From Patescibacteria group bacterium (GTDB lineage Bacteria > Patescibacteriota > Microgenomatia > UBA1400 > PJMF01), in contig JAHDXH010000001.1 of assembly GCA_023382875.1 (NCBI GenBank), forward strand, positions 95,527-159,526: a stretch of DNA of 64,000 bases, given 5' to 3'. The position numbers and the translations under genes were made by a program. Every line of letters starts with the position of its first letter. The first letter of the stretch is position 1. This document shows, one piece after another, positions 8,297-17,337 of the stretch. The notes under the pieces were generated by a model. It had not been told where the DNA came from and searched no databases. It saw only the letters and a program-made list of their open reading frames with translations.

Positions 8297-9954
8297 AGGT
8301 TGATTTCACCATCTTGATTTAATACAACTGGTCCAGTGGTCGATTCCGCTACGGCTGTCACAACTTCACTGGTTTCACTAGTTGGGCTAATTGGCGTGTT
8401 AATTGGCGCAGGTGCGGCGACACTATCAATGGAACTGCTTAATTCAGGCATCGGTTCGATATTGGCTGGTGTAGTTAAGCCCTCCAAAACATTTGGGTCA
8501 CTGATAATTGGTGAAGCAATAGGTTGTTGAGGGGTAAGTTCAGGATGAGCAAGTTCAGTCAATGGTGCATTTGGATCAATTAAAGGTTCTTCTGGTGAGC
8601 TGTTAGATTTGGCAATTGCTTCGTCAGTTGCTATTTCTGTTGTCGGCGTTTCTCCAGAAGTTATGGGTTCTAGCTCTGGTGTTGGTGGTAAAGCACTGGC
8701 GATATGGCCCATTTCATCGTAAATACTAGAAAGTCTGTTGTACTTAGCTACTCGCTCTCCTCTATTGGGTGGACCAAATTTTACATATTGAACGCCCGCA
8801 CCAACAGCCAAGTCGGCGACAAAATCATCGTTGGTTTCACCACTACGATGTGAACAGATAACTTGCCAACCACTGTCTTTGGCTAGCTTGATGACTTGAA
8901 TAGTTTCGCTGACAGTGCCAGTTTGGTTGGGTTTAACAGTAATGCTATTACAAAGTTTTTCACTGATGGCTCTAGTAGTTCTTTCTAAGCTGGTGACCAA
9001 GAGTTTGTCTGCAACAACCATTCCTGTGCTATTAACATCGGCGGTAAACTCTTTCCAAGCTGACTCATCATCTTCTTGGAATGGATCTTCAATATAGAAC
9101 ACATGATAAAGATCTTTGAGTGTTTTATAGTACTTGGCTAATTCCTTGGAAGAAAGTGCTTGCGATTTGTCTTTGAGTGAATACTTGCCTGCTTCATGAA
9201 AAGTGGCTGCAGACATATCAGCACCCAAAAAGACATCTTGAGCAAAAGTGTATGGAGTAGCTTTAATAGATTCAATAATAATTTCAAAGGCGTCTGTGTT
9301 ATTGAAAAGATTGGGGGCAAAACCACCGTTCAATCCAGTTGAGTGAATGGCTCCTTTCATCATCAAAACCTCTTTGATTTTCTGGTAAATTGTCACGGCC
9401 ATGTTGATGGCAGATGGATAATCTACGTGGCTTGCAGGAATGATTTCAAACTCCTGAATATCAAGGTTTTCTGCACCATGCTTGCCACCCTCAATCATAG
9501 AAAAAATACAGGTAGGAATCAGAAGTTTTTGAGTCAATTGATATTTTTGCTGAATATAAATGTAGAGGGGTAAATTTGAAGCCAGAGCTCCAGCTTTGAG
9601 AATGGCTTGAGAGCAAACAAGAATGGCGTTGGCGCCAAGCTTGGATTTATCTTTGGTGCCATCTAAGTTAACCATGAGCTGATCAAGGTCTGTTTGGTTG
9701 GTTGGGTCTTTATCGATTAATTGTGGAGCAAGAATGTTGTTGACATTTTCGACTGCTTTTAAGACTCCTTTCCCCATCATTCGGGCTGCGTCGTTATCAC
9801 GAAGTTCTTTGGCCTCATATTTACCAGTTGAAGTACCAGAAGGAACAGAGGTGGTAACGCTTCGACCATCGTCAAGCCATAGAGTGCACTCAAGTGTGGG
9901 TAAACCTCTAGCGTCTAAAATTTCTTTGGCAACAATATTTTTAATAACGGACAT
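8293..9954 (-). CDS. eno: Divergent enolase with catalytic-loop substitution and ~135-aa acidic P/T/E-rich C-terminal tail
   Basis: EILDARGLPT, PSGTSTG, IEDP, KPNQ, SHRSGET, ERVAKYN; GDEGG replaced by GLNGG. Confidence 0.88.
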   Translation of the reverse strand: MSVIKNIVAKEILDARGLPTLECTLWLDDGRSVTTSVPSGTSTGKYEAKELRDNDAARMMGKGVLKAVENVNNILAPQLIDKDPTNQTDLDQLMVNLDGTKDKSKLGANAILVCSQAILKAGALASNLPLYIYIQQKYQLTQKLLIPTCIFSMIEGGKHGAENLDIQEFEIIPASHVDYPSAINMAVTIYQKIKEVLMMKGAIHSTGLNGGFAPNLFNNTDAFEIIIESIKATPYTFAQDVFLGADMSAATFHEAGKYSLKDKSQALSSKELAKYYKTLKDLYHVFYIEDPFQEDDESAWKEFTADVNSTGMVVADKLLVTSLERTTRAISEKLCNSITVKPNQTGTVSETIQVIKLAKDSGWQVICSHRSGETNDDFVADLAVGAGVQYVKFGPPNRGERVAKYNRLSSIYDEMGHIASALPPTPELEPITSGETPTTEIATDEAIAKSNSSPEEPLIDPNAPLTELAHPELTPQQPIASPIISDPNVLEGLTTPANIEPMPELSSSIDSVAAPAPINTPISPTSETSEVVTAVAESTTGPVVLNQDGEINL

Positions 9955-9969
9955 AAGTTGACTAACTGT

Positions 9970-12078
9970 CTATTTCAAAATCTGATTTTGAGTAGCGACA
10001 ATCTGTTGTTTAACTATAGCGAAAAGAGATGGTTTGACAACTACAGCGCGTAGGCTTAACTTTGTTGCCACGGTGACTAAATCAGAATAGTAGTGGTTGA
10101 GTTTTAAAACTACTGGCAACGTGCGTTCAATTTGACCTGTATAAAGTTTTGATTGCCTAATGACTTGAGCAATATTTTCCAGCATTGAGCCAATCAATTG
10201 ATGATCAAAAGTATAGTATTTTTCTAAATCTGGGTTATCTGGATCCAATCCATAAGCCAAGTCATGAATGGTTTTGGCTTGAACTGTTACACCGGAAATT
10301 GGTAAGTGTAAAAATTCACTTAAGTTAAAAACATTGGCGGGTGTATTGAGCTGTAGCCAAAATTTTAAATATGGATGGTCTGGAGAAGCTTGATCAATTT
10401 TTTTGAATAAAATGGCTAACTCTGTTACCGTTCTTACCCAAGGTAAAACAAAGTTGATGGCTCTTTTTTCTTTGTTGGCCAGATCATTGACCGCCTTTAA
10501 TTCGGCGACAAATAAAGTTTCGTCTTCTAAAATCTTCAAAGCGCCTCTAGTACCTAAGTATGGATTTTGCTCCAGTTTTTCGTAGCTATGAGAATTGCTT
10601 AAAGAGTTTAACTCTTGAGAATTTAGATTACAGGAACGGTAAAAAAAGTTGCTTGGTTTTTTGTTTAAGAAGGTTTTGATAGTGTGGTTTAGATTGTCAA
10701 AAAAATGTTGCTTTTGGGTTCTTAAAATATGATTGGGATGGACACCAATAAAAGCGATAGCATAGTCACTCTTTAGGAAAATTCCCTCTTCTTTGTCTTT
10801 GTACTGCTCGGTTTTATATGGGTTGCCGGCAGACAAGAAAACTTTGGTAATGGTTTGAGGTGTGACTGTTGGTTGAGTTGTGAGAGTTGGTTTGAGGAGA
10901 CGTCCAGCGCCGGCATCGACTACAATTTTTTGGTTGGTGTAGAGCTTGGTAGTAGCAAAGCTAGCGCCAACAATACAAGGAACGTGATGCTCGTTGATAA
11001 GGCTAATCAAAACGGGACTCAGTGTTTTTTCTTCAATGACAATGGCACTGGCTCTGAGAATCAAATTTTGATCTAGATGATCAAGACTTTTCTTGACCAA
11101 AATATTTCCAGTTATGAAATTGCGTGCTTCTTGGGGTGTTTTAACCACTTGGACAAAACTTTCAATGAAGCCGCCAGTGACGCTTTGGCCAAGTAGAATC
11201 AATTCTGAATCTTGATTGGTTTTTTGTGATGGTTCAAAAATTTTACTGATGAAAATACGACCGTTTTTTATTTCAAAATAGAGCTTTCTTCTGCCTAGGG
11301 TTTGGCGATTAAACTTTTGGCAGTAATTGGCCAAGGTTAGGGCTTGAGCGTCGGTGATGGCAGCCGCATTTTGATTTTTGGCTTTAGTGATTTTTAAGTC
11401 ATCTAAAACACGTTTGAGAACAATTTTTCTAGGATTTAAATGCCTAGAAACAATTGTTTCTGAGCTCAAATTAATTTCGAATCGGTCGGGTTTATTGGTT
11501 GGTCCGAGTTTGCTGTCATAAACACCCAACACAGCTTTGACTTGGACAATATTTTTCTTAAGTCTATCGATTTTGACTACGCCAGAAGCATCGGGTTGAT
11601 TTTGGGTTAAGATTAAAATTGGTTGGATTACCTCCTCACCTTTTTTGTAGCTTTGAGCCCAAAGTTCTAAAATTGATTCGAGTAAATTGGCAGAGCCATT
11701 AATGTTATCAAGACTGTTTTTGGCTGTTTGAATTTGGAGAAATTCACTTTTATCTTGAAGCTTTTCAGTTTTTTTGACGATGTCTTCTGCGATATCACTA
11801 GGAATTTTTTGGTTGGCAATTAAAGTACGAATTTTTTTGAAAGCTGCTTTGCTAGTGTGTTCATTTTCCCAGTCTGCAGTTTCTTCGATCAAATCAATTT
11901 TATGGTAAAGATCATTGTGATGAGCAATTTGCTTGAGAGTTTCACTTGGAATAACAAAACCATCACAAGTTTTAATTTTTAACTTAAGGAGGCGAGAAAA
12001 ATCCAAAGCAAGTTTGCCTACTTGTCGTGGGGGCAAAGAATCGACTTGATTGAGTGAAATTATAGTATTAATAATCAC
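9970..12078 (-). CDS. Degenerate PEP synthase/PPDK-like protein (probable pseudoenzyme)
   Basis: Three-domain layout with residual motifs GFVIP, AVLGV, VPCIVG, VDAGAG, EQNPYLGTRGA, LPWVRTV; phospho-His motif absent; GTG start at 12078 inferred from TATAGT just upstream. Confidence 0.75.
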   Translation of the reverse strand: MIINTIISLNQVDSLPPRQVGKLALDFSRLLKLKIKTCDGFVIPSETLKQIAHHNDLYHKIDLIEETADWENEHTSKAAFKKIRTLIANQKIPSDIAEDIVKKTEKLQDKSEFLQIQTAKNSLDNINGSANLLESILELWAQSYKKGEEVIQPILILTQNQPDASGVVKIDRLKKNIVQVKAVLGVYDSKLGPTNKPDRFEINLSSETIVSRHLNPRKIVLKRVLDDLKITKAKNQNAAAITDAQALTLANYCQKFNRQTLGRRKLYFEIKNGRIFISKIFEPSQKTNQDSELILLGQSVTGGFIESFVQVVKTPQEARNFITGNILVKKSLDHLDQNLILRASAIVIEEKTLSPVLISLINEHHVPCIVGASFATTKLYTNQKIVVDAGAGRLLKPTLTTQPTVTPQTITKVFLSAGNPYKTEQYKDKEEGIFLKSDYAIAFIGVHPNHILRTQKQHFFDNLNHTIKTFLNKKPSNFFYRSCNLNSQELNSLSNSHSYEKLEQNPYLGTRGALKILEDETLFVAELKAVNDLANKEKRAINFVLPWVRTVTELAILFKKIDQASPDHPYLKFWLQLNTPANVFNLSEFLHLPISGVTVQAKTIHDLAYGLDPDNPDLEKYYTFDHQLIGSMLENIAQVIRQSKLYTGQIERTLPVVLKLNHYYSDLVTVATKLSLRAVVVKPSLFAIVKQQIVATQNQILK

Positions 12079-12135
12079 ACTACTATAGTAGCTTAACTCG
12101 ACAGACCAAAGCAACTCAAGTTTGAGTTTTTTGGG

Positions 12136-13380
12136 TTAACTGCGTTGAATAGTTTCTTCGTGCTCAACGTTTTTGCTAATGGTTAAACCAGGGAAAATTT
12201 TAGCTTCAGATCCAATTAAGACTCCGGGCATAGTGTTGAGGCCAATACCTAGTTTGGCGCCATCGCCAGTGATAATGCCTAGTGCAGTGAGACCGGTGTC
12301 AGTCTTGATACCTTTGACCATGGTATTGATACTTTCGCGGTTGAGTCTTTTGTTGGCAGTAATCAAGCCAGCACCAATTTGGTTGTTGGGTCCGATAATT
12401 GAGTCGGCTGCATAGCTGAAGTGAAGGGTGCTATTTTCTAAAATAATTGATCTCACTAATTCAGTGTTAGCGCCAATGACGCTACCCTCTTCCAAAGAAG
12501 ATTGTCTGACAAAGCTGTAGTCACCAACTAGGGTGTTTTTGCCTAAATAGCTAGGGCCAACGATTTTGGCGAAATCACCAACTTTAGCTCCTGCTTCAAT
12601 AACAATTGGTCCTTTTGATTCATCGAGAATGGCAGTCTTAGCGACTTCAGCAGTTGGATCAACTTTTGACACCAGTTGGTTAAAGAGAATGCTTTGGAAT
12701 TTGAAAAGATGCCATGGGTATTTCAATGAAAAAACTGATTCTTCTAGTTCTACTACTCTGACCGATTCAGTCTTAAATAGCTCATCTAAAGCTTGTTCAA
12801 AGTTGTATTCTGCTTCTGGAAGTCTAGATAAAATTTCTAAATACTTTTGATTAAGTAGATAACAGCCGTTAATTTTTAGATCTGACTTTTGAGTACCTTT
12901 GGCTGGTTTTTCTTCGATGGCTTTGGCATGACCATTTTCGACTTCAACAATACCATAAAGCCAGGGTTCGGTGGTTTTGGTGGTGCAAATAGTGGCGTCA
13001 CTGTTTGTTGACAACATTTTATCAGCGATTTCTCCAGCGTTGATTAGATCGGGAAAAATTACGAAGAATTTATCTGTCAAATATTCTCGAGCCGAAAGCA
13101 GAGCATCGCCCATACCTTTGGCTTCTTTTTGGACTACATAGTGAATATTTAAATTGCTTTTACAGGCCTCAATAGCTTTTTTGAGTGAGCCAGATTCTTG
13201 ATCGCGTTCAGACTGGACGATGATGGCATCACTAAAACCGTGTTCAGCTAAACTTCTCAAAGTTCTAGAAATGAATGATTCGCCCAATAAAGTGATGGCA
13301 CCTTTATGAACTTGGGTATTAAGAGGAAAAAAACGTGAATTGGAGCCAGCGGCAGTAATGACGATTTGCGGTTTTGACAT
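12136..13380 (-). CDS. Bifunctional sugar-1-phosphate nucleotidyltransferase/acetyltransferase (GlmU-like)
   Basis: AAGSNSRFFPL, QKEAKGMGDA, IEEKP, C-terminal hexapeptide repeats, IGAG..TAN. Confidence 0.85.
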   Translation of the reverse strand: MSKPQIVITAAGSNSRFFPLNTQVHKGAITLLGESFISRTLRSLAEHGFSDAIIVQSERDQESGSLKKAIEACKSNLNIHYVVQKEAKGMGDALLSAREYLTDKFFVIFPDLINAGEIADKMLSTNSDATICTTKTTEPWLYGIVEVENGHAKAIEEKPAKGTQKSDLKINGCYLLNQKYLEILSRLPEAEYNFEQALDELFKTESVRVVELEESVFSLKYPWHLFKFQSILFNQLVSKVDPTAEVAKTAILDESKGPIVIEAGAKVGDFAKIVGPSYLGKNTLVGDYSFVRQSSLEEGSVIGANTELVRSIILENSTLHFSYAADSIIGPNNQIGAGLITANKRLNRESINTMVKGIKTDTGLTALGIITGDGAKLGIGLNTMPGVLIGSEAKIFPGLTISKNVEHEETIQRS

Positions 13381-13395
13381 AAAACCATTCTATCA

Positions 13396-13908
13396 TCATT
13401 CTTCTCTCAAATAGGCTCTGAGCATGTCGAGACAGGTATTGACGGTTGGGAATGCTAGTGTCTGAGGAATTTGATCAAGATTAAACCATTTGAGCTCACT
13501 AATATCATCTTGAGCTTTTATTTCTCCCCCGACAACTTCGACAGCGTAGACAAAAACTAAGGTAGGAACTAGAGTGTCACCATAAATATCAGGGGCTGAG
13601 CCAAGATATTTGTTGATCTTTACGTCGAGACTAGTTTCTTCTTTGGCTTCGCGAATCGCACCTTGTTCGGCAGTTTCGTCTACTTCAATAAAACCACCGG
13701 GCAAATCCCAAGTACCAAGGCTTGGTTCGATCGCTCTTTTGCCCAAAAGCACTTGGTTATTTTGGTGAATGAGAACGACGGTGCAAGGGGCGGGGTTTAA
13801 ATAATAAGTAAAGCTACAATTTGGGCAAGTAGCCGCATTTCCATCATGTGCGAGTTTTGTCCTACATTTAGGACAATAAATAATATTTCGGCTTTGGTAG
13901 GTTTCCAT
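13396..13908 (-). CDS. NUDIX hydrolase with N-terminal zinc ribbon
   Basis: CPKC..CPNC, YYLNP, Nudix box GGFIEVDETAEQGAIREAKEETSL. Confidence 0.9.
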   Translation of the reverse strand: METYQSRNIIYCPKCRTKLAHDGNAATCPNCSFTYYLNPAPCTVVLIHQNNQVLLGKRAIEPSLGTWDLPGGFIEVDETAEQGAIREAKEETSLDVKINKYLGSAPDIYGDTLVPTLVFVYAVEVVGGEIKAQDDISELKWFNLDQIPQTLAFPTVNTCLDMLRAYLREE

Positions 13909-13923
13909 TTTGATTAATTATCA

Positions 13924-14002
13924 GGTCAAAATAGCTGTTTGTAAGGTTGATCTTTGATAAAGGATTGAATCTGAATCAATCGAACAAAGCAGCTATTTTG
14001 CC
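13924..14002. repeat. Long imperfect inverted repeat enclosing smaller hairpins
   Basis: CAAAATAGCTG-TTTGT ... ACAAA-G-CAGCTATTTTG with inner GATTGA/TCAATC stem. Confidence 0.65.
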
Positions 14003-14026
14003 TAAATGATTTATAAACTTTGGAAA

Positions 14027-15454
14027 CTAATCCAAAGCGTGAATGTTAACACCTTGTGCCCAATCAATTTCTGGGTGCTTCTTGAGCATTGTTTTCAAGA
14101 AAGTTTTGATTTGATCATATTTTTCTTGAGTCTTAGCTTCAAACTTAATGGTTACATACGGGCCATTTTGAGAGGCACGAATGATAGCCATACTGTCTGG
14201 ATTGTCAGCTCTAATGCCGTCAATATCGACATATTTAGCATCTGGCCACTCGTTCATGAATTCTTGGCGAATGACGGTGTCAATAAATTTGAATTTAATG
14301 TTGTCAGCCAAACCCAGCTTCATTTCTGGACTAGAAATGTATTTGGCCAAGTGAGAAACAGCTTGACTTAAAGTTTCATTTCTTCTTTCGAGGAAAGCTA
14401 AGAGTCTAAGTGAAGCAAAAGCACCGTCATCATGACCATAGAAGTTGTCCATGAAGAAGATATGGCCAGACAATTCACCACCAAATGGTGAGCGAACTTC
14501 TTTGACCTTAGCTTTAATGAAGCTATGGCCAGTCATCCACATCACTGGGGTACCACCGGCTTGTTCAATAGCTTCGGTAACAGATCTAGAACAAAGAGTG
14601 TTGTAGACAATTGGAGCTTTAGGAATGAACTCAAGGACATCTTGGGCAAACAAAGCGACAATGGTGTCCATCCATAAAACTTGACCATTTTCATCTACGA
14701 CAGCCATACGGTCGCCGTCGGTGTCATAAGCAAAGCCAAGATCAGCTCCAGCTTTTTTCACACCTTCAGCTAATCTTTCCAAAACTTCAACTTCAGTTGG
14801 ATCTGGCACGCCCATTGGGAAGTTGCCATCTGGAGTACAGTTTTGTTCAATTACTTCGCAGCCAGCGCCACGCAAAATTTGTGGGTAGAAAATACCAGAG
14901 TTAGTGCAACAAGCATCAACGACGATTTTCCATTTTTTCTTTAAATTAAAGTGTTTGAGGATATCAGCTTTGTAGGCAGGGAAAATATCTTCTTGGCGAT
15001 TGGTGCCTTGACCTTCGACGAAGCGGCCTTCATTAGCGATATCGCGAAGATATAAAATTTCTTCAGTAATCATGGTGTCAGAATAACCAACACCAAGTTT
15101 CAAACCATTAAATTCTTTGGGATTGTGTGAAGCAGTAATCATGGCTCCACCTTTGGTTCTGAAGTAGTAACTGGAGAAGTAGGTAATTTGAGAAAGAGTA
15201 TCACCAATTTCAATGGTATTAACTCCCCCATCATTTAAGCCTTGAATAAAAGCTTTGGTATAAACAACACTGGTTAAACGGTTGTCATGACCAACGGCTG
15301 CTTCGTCAATGCGACGTTCATGTAAAAAGGTAGCGTAAGCGCGACCAAGTGTGTAATAAACATCTTCATTAAGTTGTTTATCAGCTAAGCCACGAAGGTC
15401 GTAGCCTCTAAAAATTGTTGGATCAATGTTTTTGACAATGTTATACATATCCAT
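14027..15454 (-). CDS. Phosphomannomutase/phosphoglucomutase
   Basis: IFRGYDLRG, MITASHNP, DTDGDR, GELSGH. Confidence 0.94.
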   Translation of the reverse strand: MDMYNIVKNIDPTIFRGYDLRGLADKQLNEDVYYTLGRAYATFLHERRIDEAAVGHDNRLTSVVYTKAFIQGLNDGGVNTIEIGDTLSQITYFSSYYFRTKGGAMITASHNPKEFNGLKLGVGYSDTMITEEILYLRDIANEGRFVEGQGTNRQEDIFPAYKADILKHFNLKKKWKIVVDACCTNSGIFYPQILRGAGCEVIEQNCTPDGNFPMGVPDPTEVEVLERLAEGVKKAGADLGFAYDTDGDRMAVVDENGQVLWMDTIVALFAQDVLEFIPKAPIVYNTLCSRSVTEAIEQAGGTPVMWMTGHSFIKAKVKEVRSPFGGELSGHIFFMDNFYGHDDGAFASLRLLAFLERRNETLSQAVSHLAKYISSPEMKLGLADNIKFKFIDTVIRQEFMNEWPDAKYVDIDGIRADNPDSMAIIRASQNGPYVTIKFEAKTQEKYDQIKTFLKTMLKKHPEIDWAQGVNIHALD

Positions 15455-15480
15455 TATTGATAATTAATAACTGCGAAAGC

Positions 15481-16155
15481 CTACATCGCAAAAAGTAATA
15501 GGTCAAGTTCGCTCGCCAAATCCATAGCCATAGTACTGGTTTTTTGGCCTATTTCCAGTTTAAACAGTTGCGAGTGAAGTGCAAGGAGTTGGTCTAAGGT
15601 GAATCTGGTGGCTTGTTTTTTGAGCTTGGCGATCATGAAGGGGGCGCCGGCAACTTGTCCTCCTGATTTAACTTGGATAAGCATTCTAATTTGTCTAACT
15701 AACATGGTGAAAACAAGGAAAGGATCGTTTTGTTCTGATGCCTGGTGAAGTTGGGTTAGAAGCAACCTTTTATCATTGGTGCCAAGGTTGTCGAGTAACT
15801 CCCACATTACATTAGTAACTTTGAACTCAAAAACTTGAGCAGCAACAAACTTTTTGAGCATAGTAGCTGTCAAAGTTTTTTTCTCGTAAAGAATGATTTT
15901 CTCTTCTTGTTTAGACAGTAGTTCGATAAGTTCTTTTTTTCTGGCTGAAGTCGGCAAAGAATGCAGTTCCTCGATGATAAACATCTGGTCGCCACCAAAT
16001 AGATCGCTGCCACCGAGATTTTCGCTTAAATTGGCTAGGGTTAGTTTTTTGGCTTCTAACCTTGTAAGACTAAGGCCATTTTTTTTAGCTTCATCAATTA
16101 ATTCCTGAAGTTTTTTTCTAGACTGACTGGTGTTCTCGCCGTGGATAATAATCAC
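15481..16155 (-). CDS. holA: Short DNA polymerase III delta subunit-like protein
   Basis: IIIHGE start, DLFG, PFMIAKLKKQA and C-terminal helical region typical of HolA. Confidence 0.7.
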   Translation of the reverse strand: MIIIHGENTSQSRKKLQELIDEAKKNGLSLTRLEAKKLTLANLSENLGGSDLFGGDQMFIIEELHSLPTSARKKELIELLSKQEEKIILYEKKTLTATMLKKFVAAQVFEFKVTNVMWELLDNLGTNDKRLLLTQLHQASEQNDPFLVFTMLVRQIRMLIQVKSGGQVAGAPFMIAKLKKQATRFTLDQLLALHSQLFKLEIGQKTSTMAMDLASELDLLLFAM

Positions 16156-16244
16156 AGCTTATTTTTATCTTGATTATGGGGAAAAAACAAGCTCAGCTGT
16201 GGCTTGATCTAGGTGGCTTTTTAGTGTTTAAATAGGCGTAGTTT

Positions 16245-17336
16245 ATGTTGAAGTTTATTCAAGTTAGCAAGCAATATCTGGATGATAAACCAGCCCTTGA
16301 GAATGTTTCTTTTGAAATTGATAAGGGTGAACTGGTTTTGATTACTGGTCCTTCTGGTTCTGGCAAAACTACCCTTTTGAAGCTTTTGACTAAGGAGCTC
16401 GAGCCAAGTGAGGGTGAAATTTTTTTTGGTGATCAAGATCTGGGTAAGCTAAAAAGATCAAAAATTCCTTATCACCGTCGCAAAATTGGTGCTGTTTTTC
16501 AAGACTACAAACTTTTACCAGAGTTAAATGTGTGGGAAAACATTGCTTTAGCTCTTTCTATTTTAGGTCACCCAGACAACGAAATTGAAGAAAAAGTTAC
16601 AGATTTGCTCAAGTTAGTAGGTTTAGCGGACAAAGCCTATCTTTTTCCCCATCAACTTTCTGGTGGTGAAGCTCAAAGAATTAGTATCGCCAGAGCTTTA
16701 TCAACCGCCCCTCAAATCATTTTTGCCGACGAACCCACTGGTAATCTCGATGCTGAAAACTCTCTCATCGTGGCCAAGTTGTTAAGAAAAATCAATGAGT
16801 TGGGCACGACTGTTATCGTTACTACCCACGACCCAGTGGTAATTAAATACCTAAATTTTGCTCATAAGATGACGATTGATAAAGGTACTTTGTTTGATGA
16901 AAGTGCTAAAAAACCCGTCAAAAAAGCTGAAGAAGTGAAAAAGGCTGAATCTAAAGAAGATCGCGACGACGATCGCAAAGACCACGATGATGGCCGAGAT
17001 GATCACGACGATGACAAAGAGGAAAAAACTGAGGCCAAGTCAGACAAATCAGACAAGTCAGGTGCTTCTAAAGAGCCAAAGGTCAAAAAACACTGGGGTT
17101 TCTTTGGAGTTTTCAAACATAAGGAAAAGTCGAGTCAACCAGAAAAACCAGAAAAAAATGACAGTCATGATGGCCATCATCACGACCATCACCATGACGA
17201 TCACCATGATCACATTGAAGTCGAATCTGAAGATTTAGACGAAGATGACAAAAATGACCAACATCAAGATAAAAAAGATACAAAATCCAAGTCAGACAAA
17301 TCAAAAGTAAAAAAACACGAGGAAAAGGAAGACTAA
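16245..17336 (+). CDS. ftsE: Cell division ATP-binding protein FtsE with long His/Asp/Lys-rich C-terminal tail
   Basis: GPSGSGKT, RRKIGAVFQDYKLL, LSGGEAQR, ADEPTGNLD; directly upstream of ftsX. Confidence 0.92.
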   Translation: MLKFIQVSKQYLDDKPALENVSFEIDKGELVLITGPSGSGKTTLLKLLTKELEPSEGEIFFGDQDLGKLKRSKIPYHRRKIGAVFQDYKLLPELNVWENIALALSILGHPDNEIEEKVTDLLKLVGLADKAYLFPHQLSGGEAQRISIARALSTAPQIIFADEPTGNLDAENSLIVAKLLRKINELGTTVIVTTHDPVVIKYLNFAHKMTIDKGTLFDESAKKPVKKAEEVKKAESKEDRDDDRKDHDDGRDDHDDDKEEKTEAKSDKSDKSGASKEPKVKKHWGFFGVFKHKEKSSQPEKPEKNDSHDGHHHDHHHDDHHDHIEVESEDLDEDDKNDQHQDKKDTKSKSDKSKVKKHEEKED

Positions 17337-17337
17337 G

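Noticed and set aside
16960-17220. Short GAC/CAC/GAT repeats as possible CRISPR or VNTR
   Set aside because: Irregular codon-level repeats encoding the His/Asp tail of FtsE; no repeat-spacer periodicity
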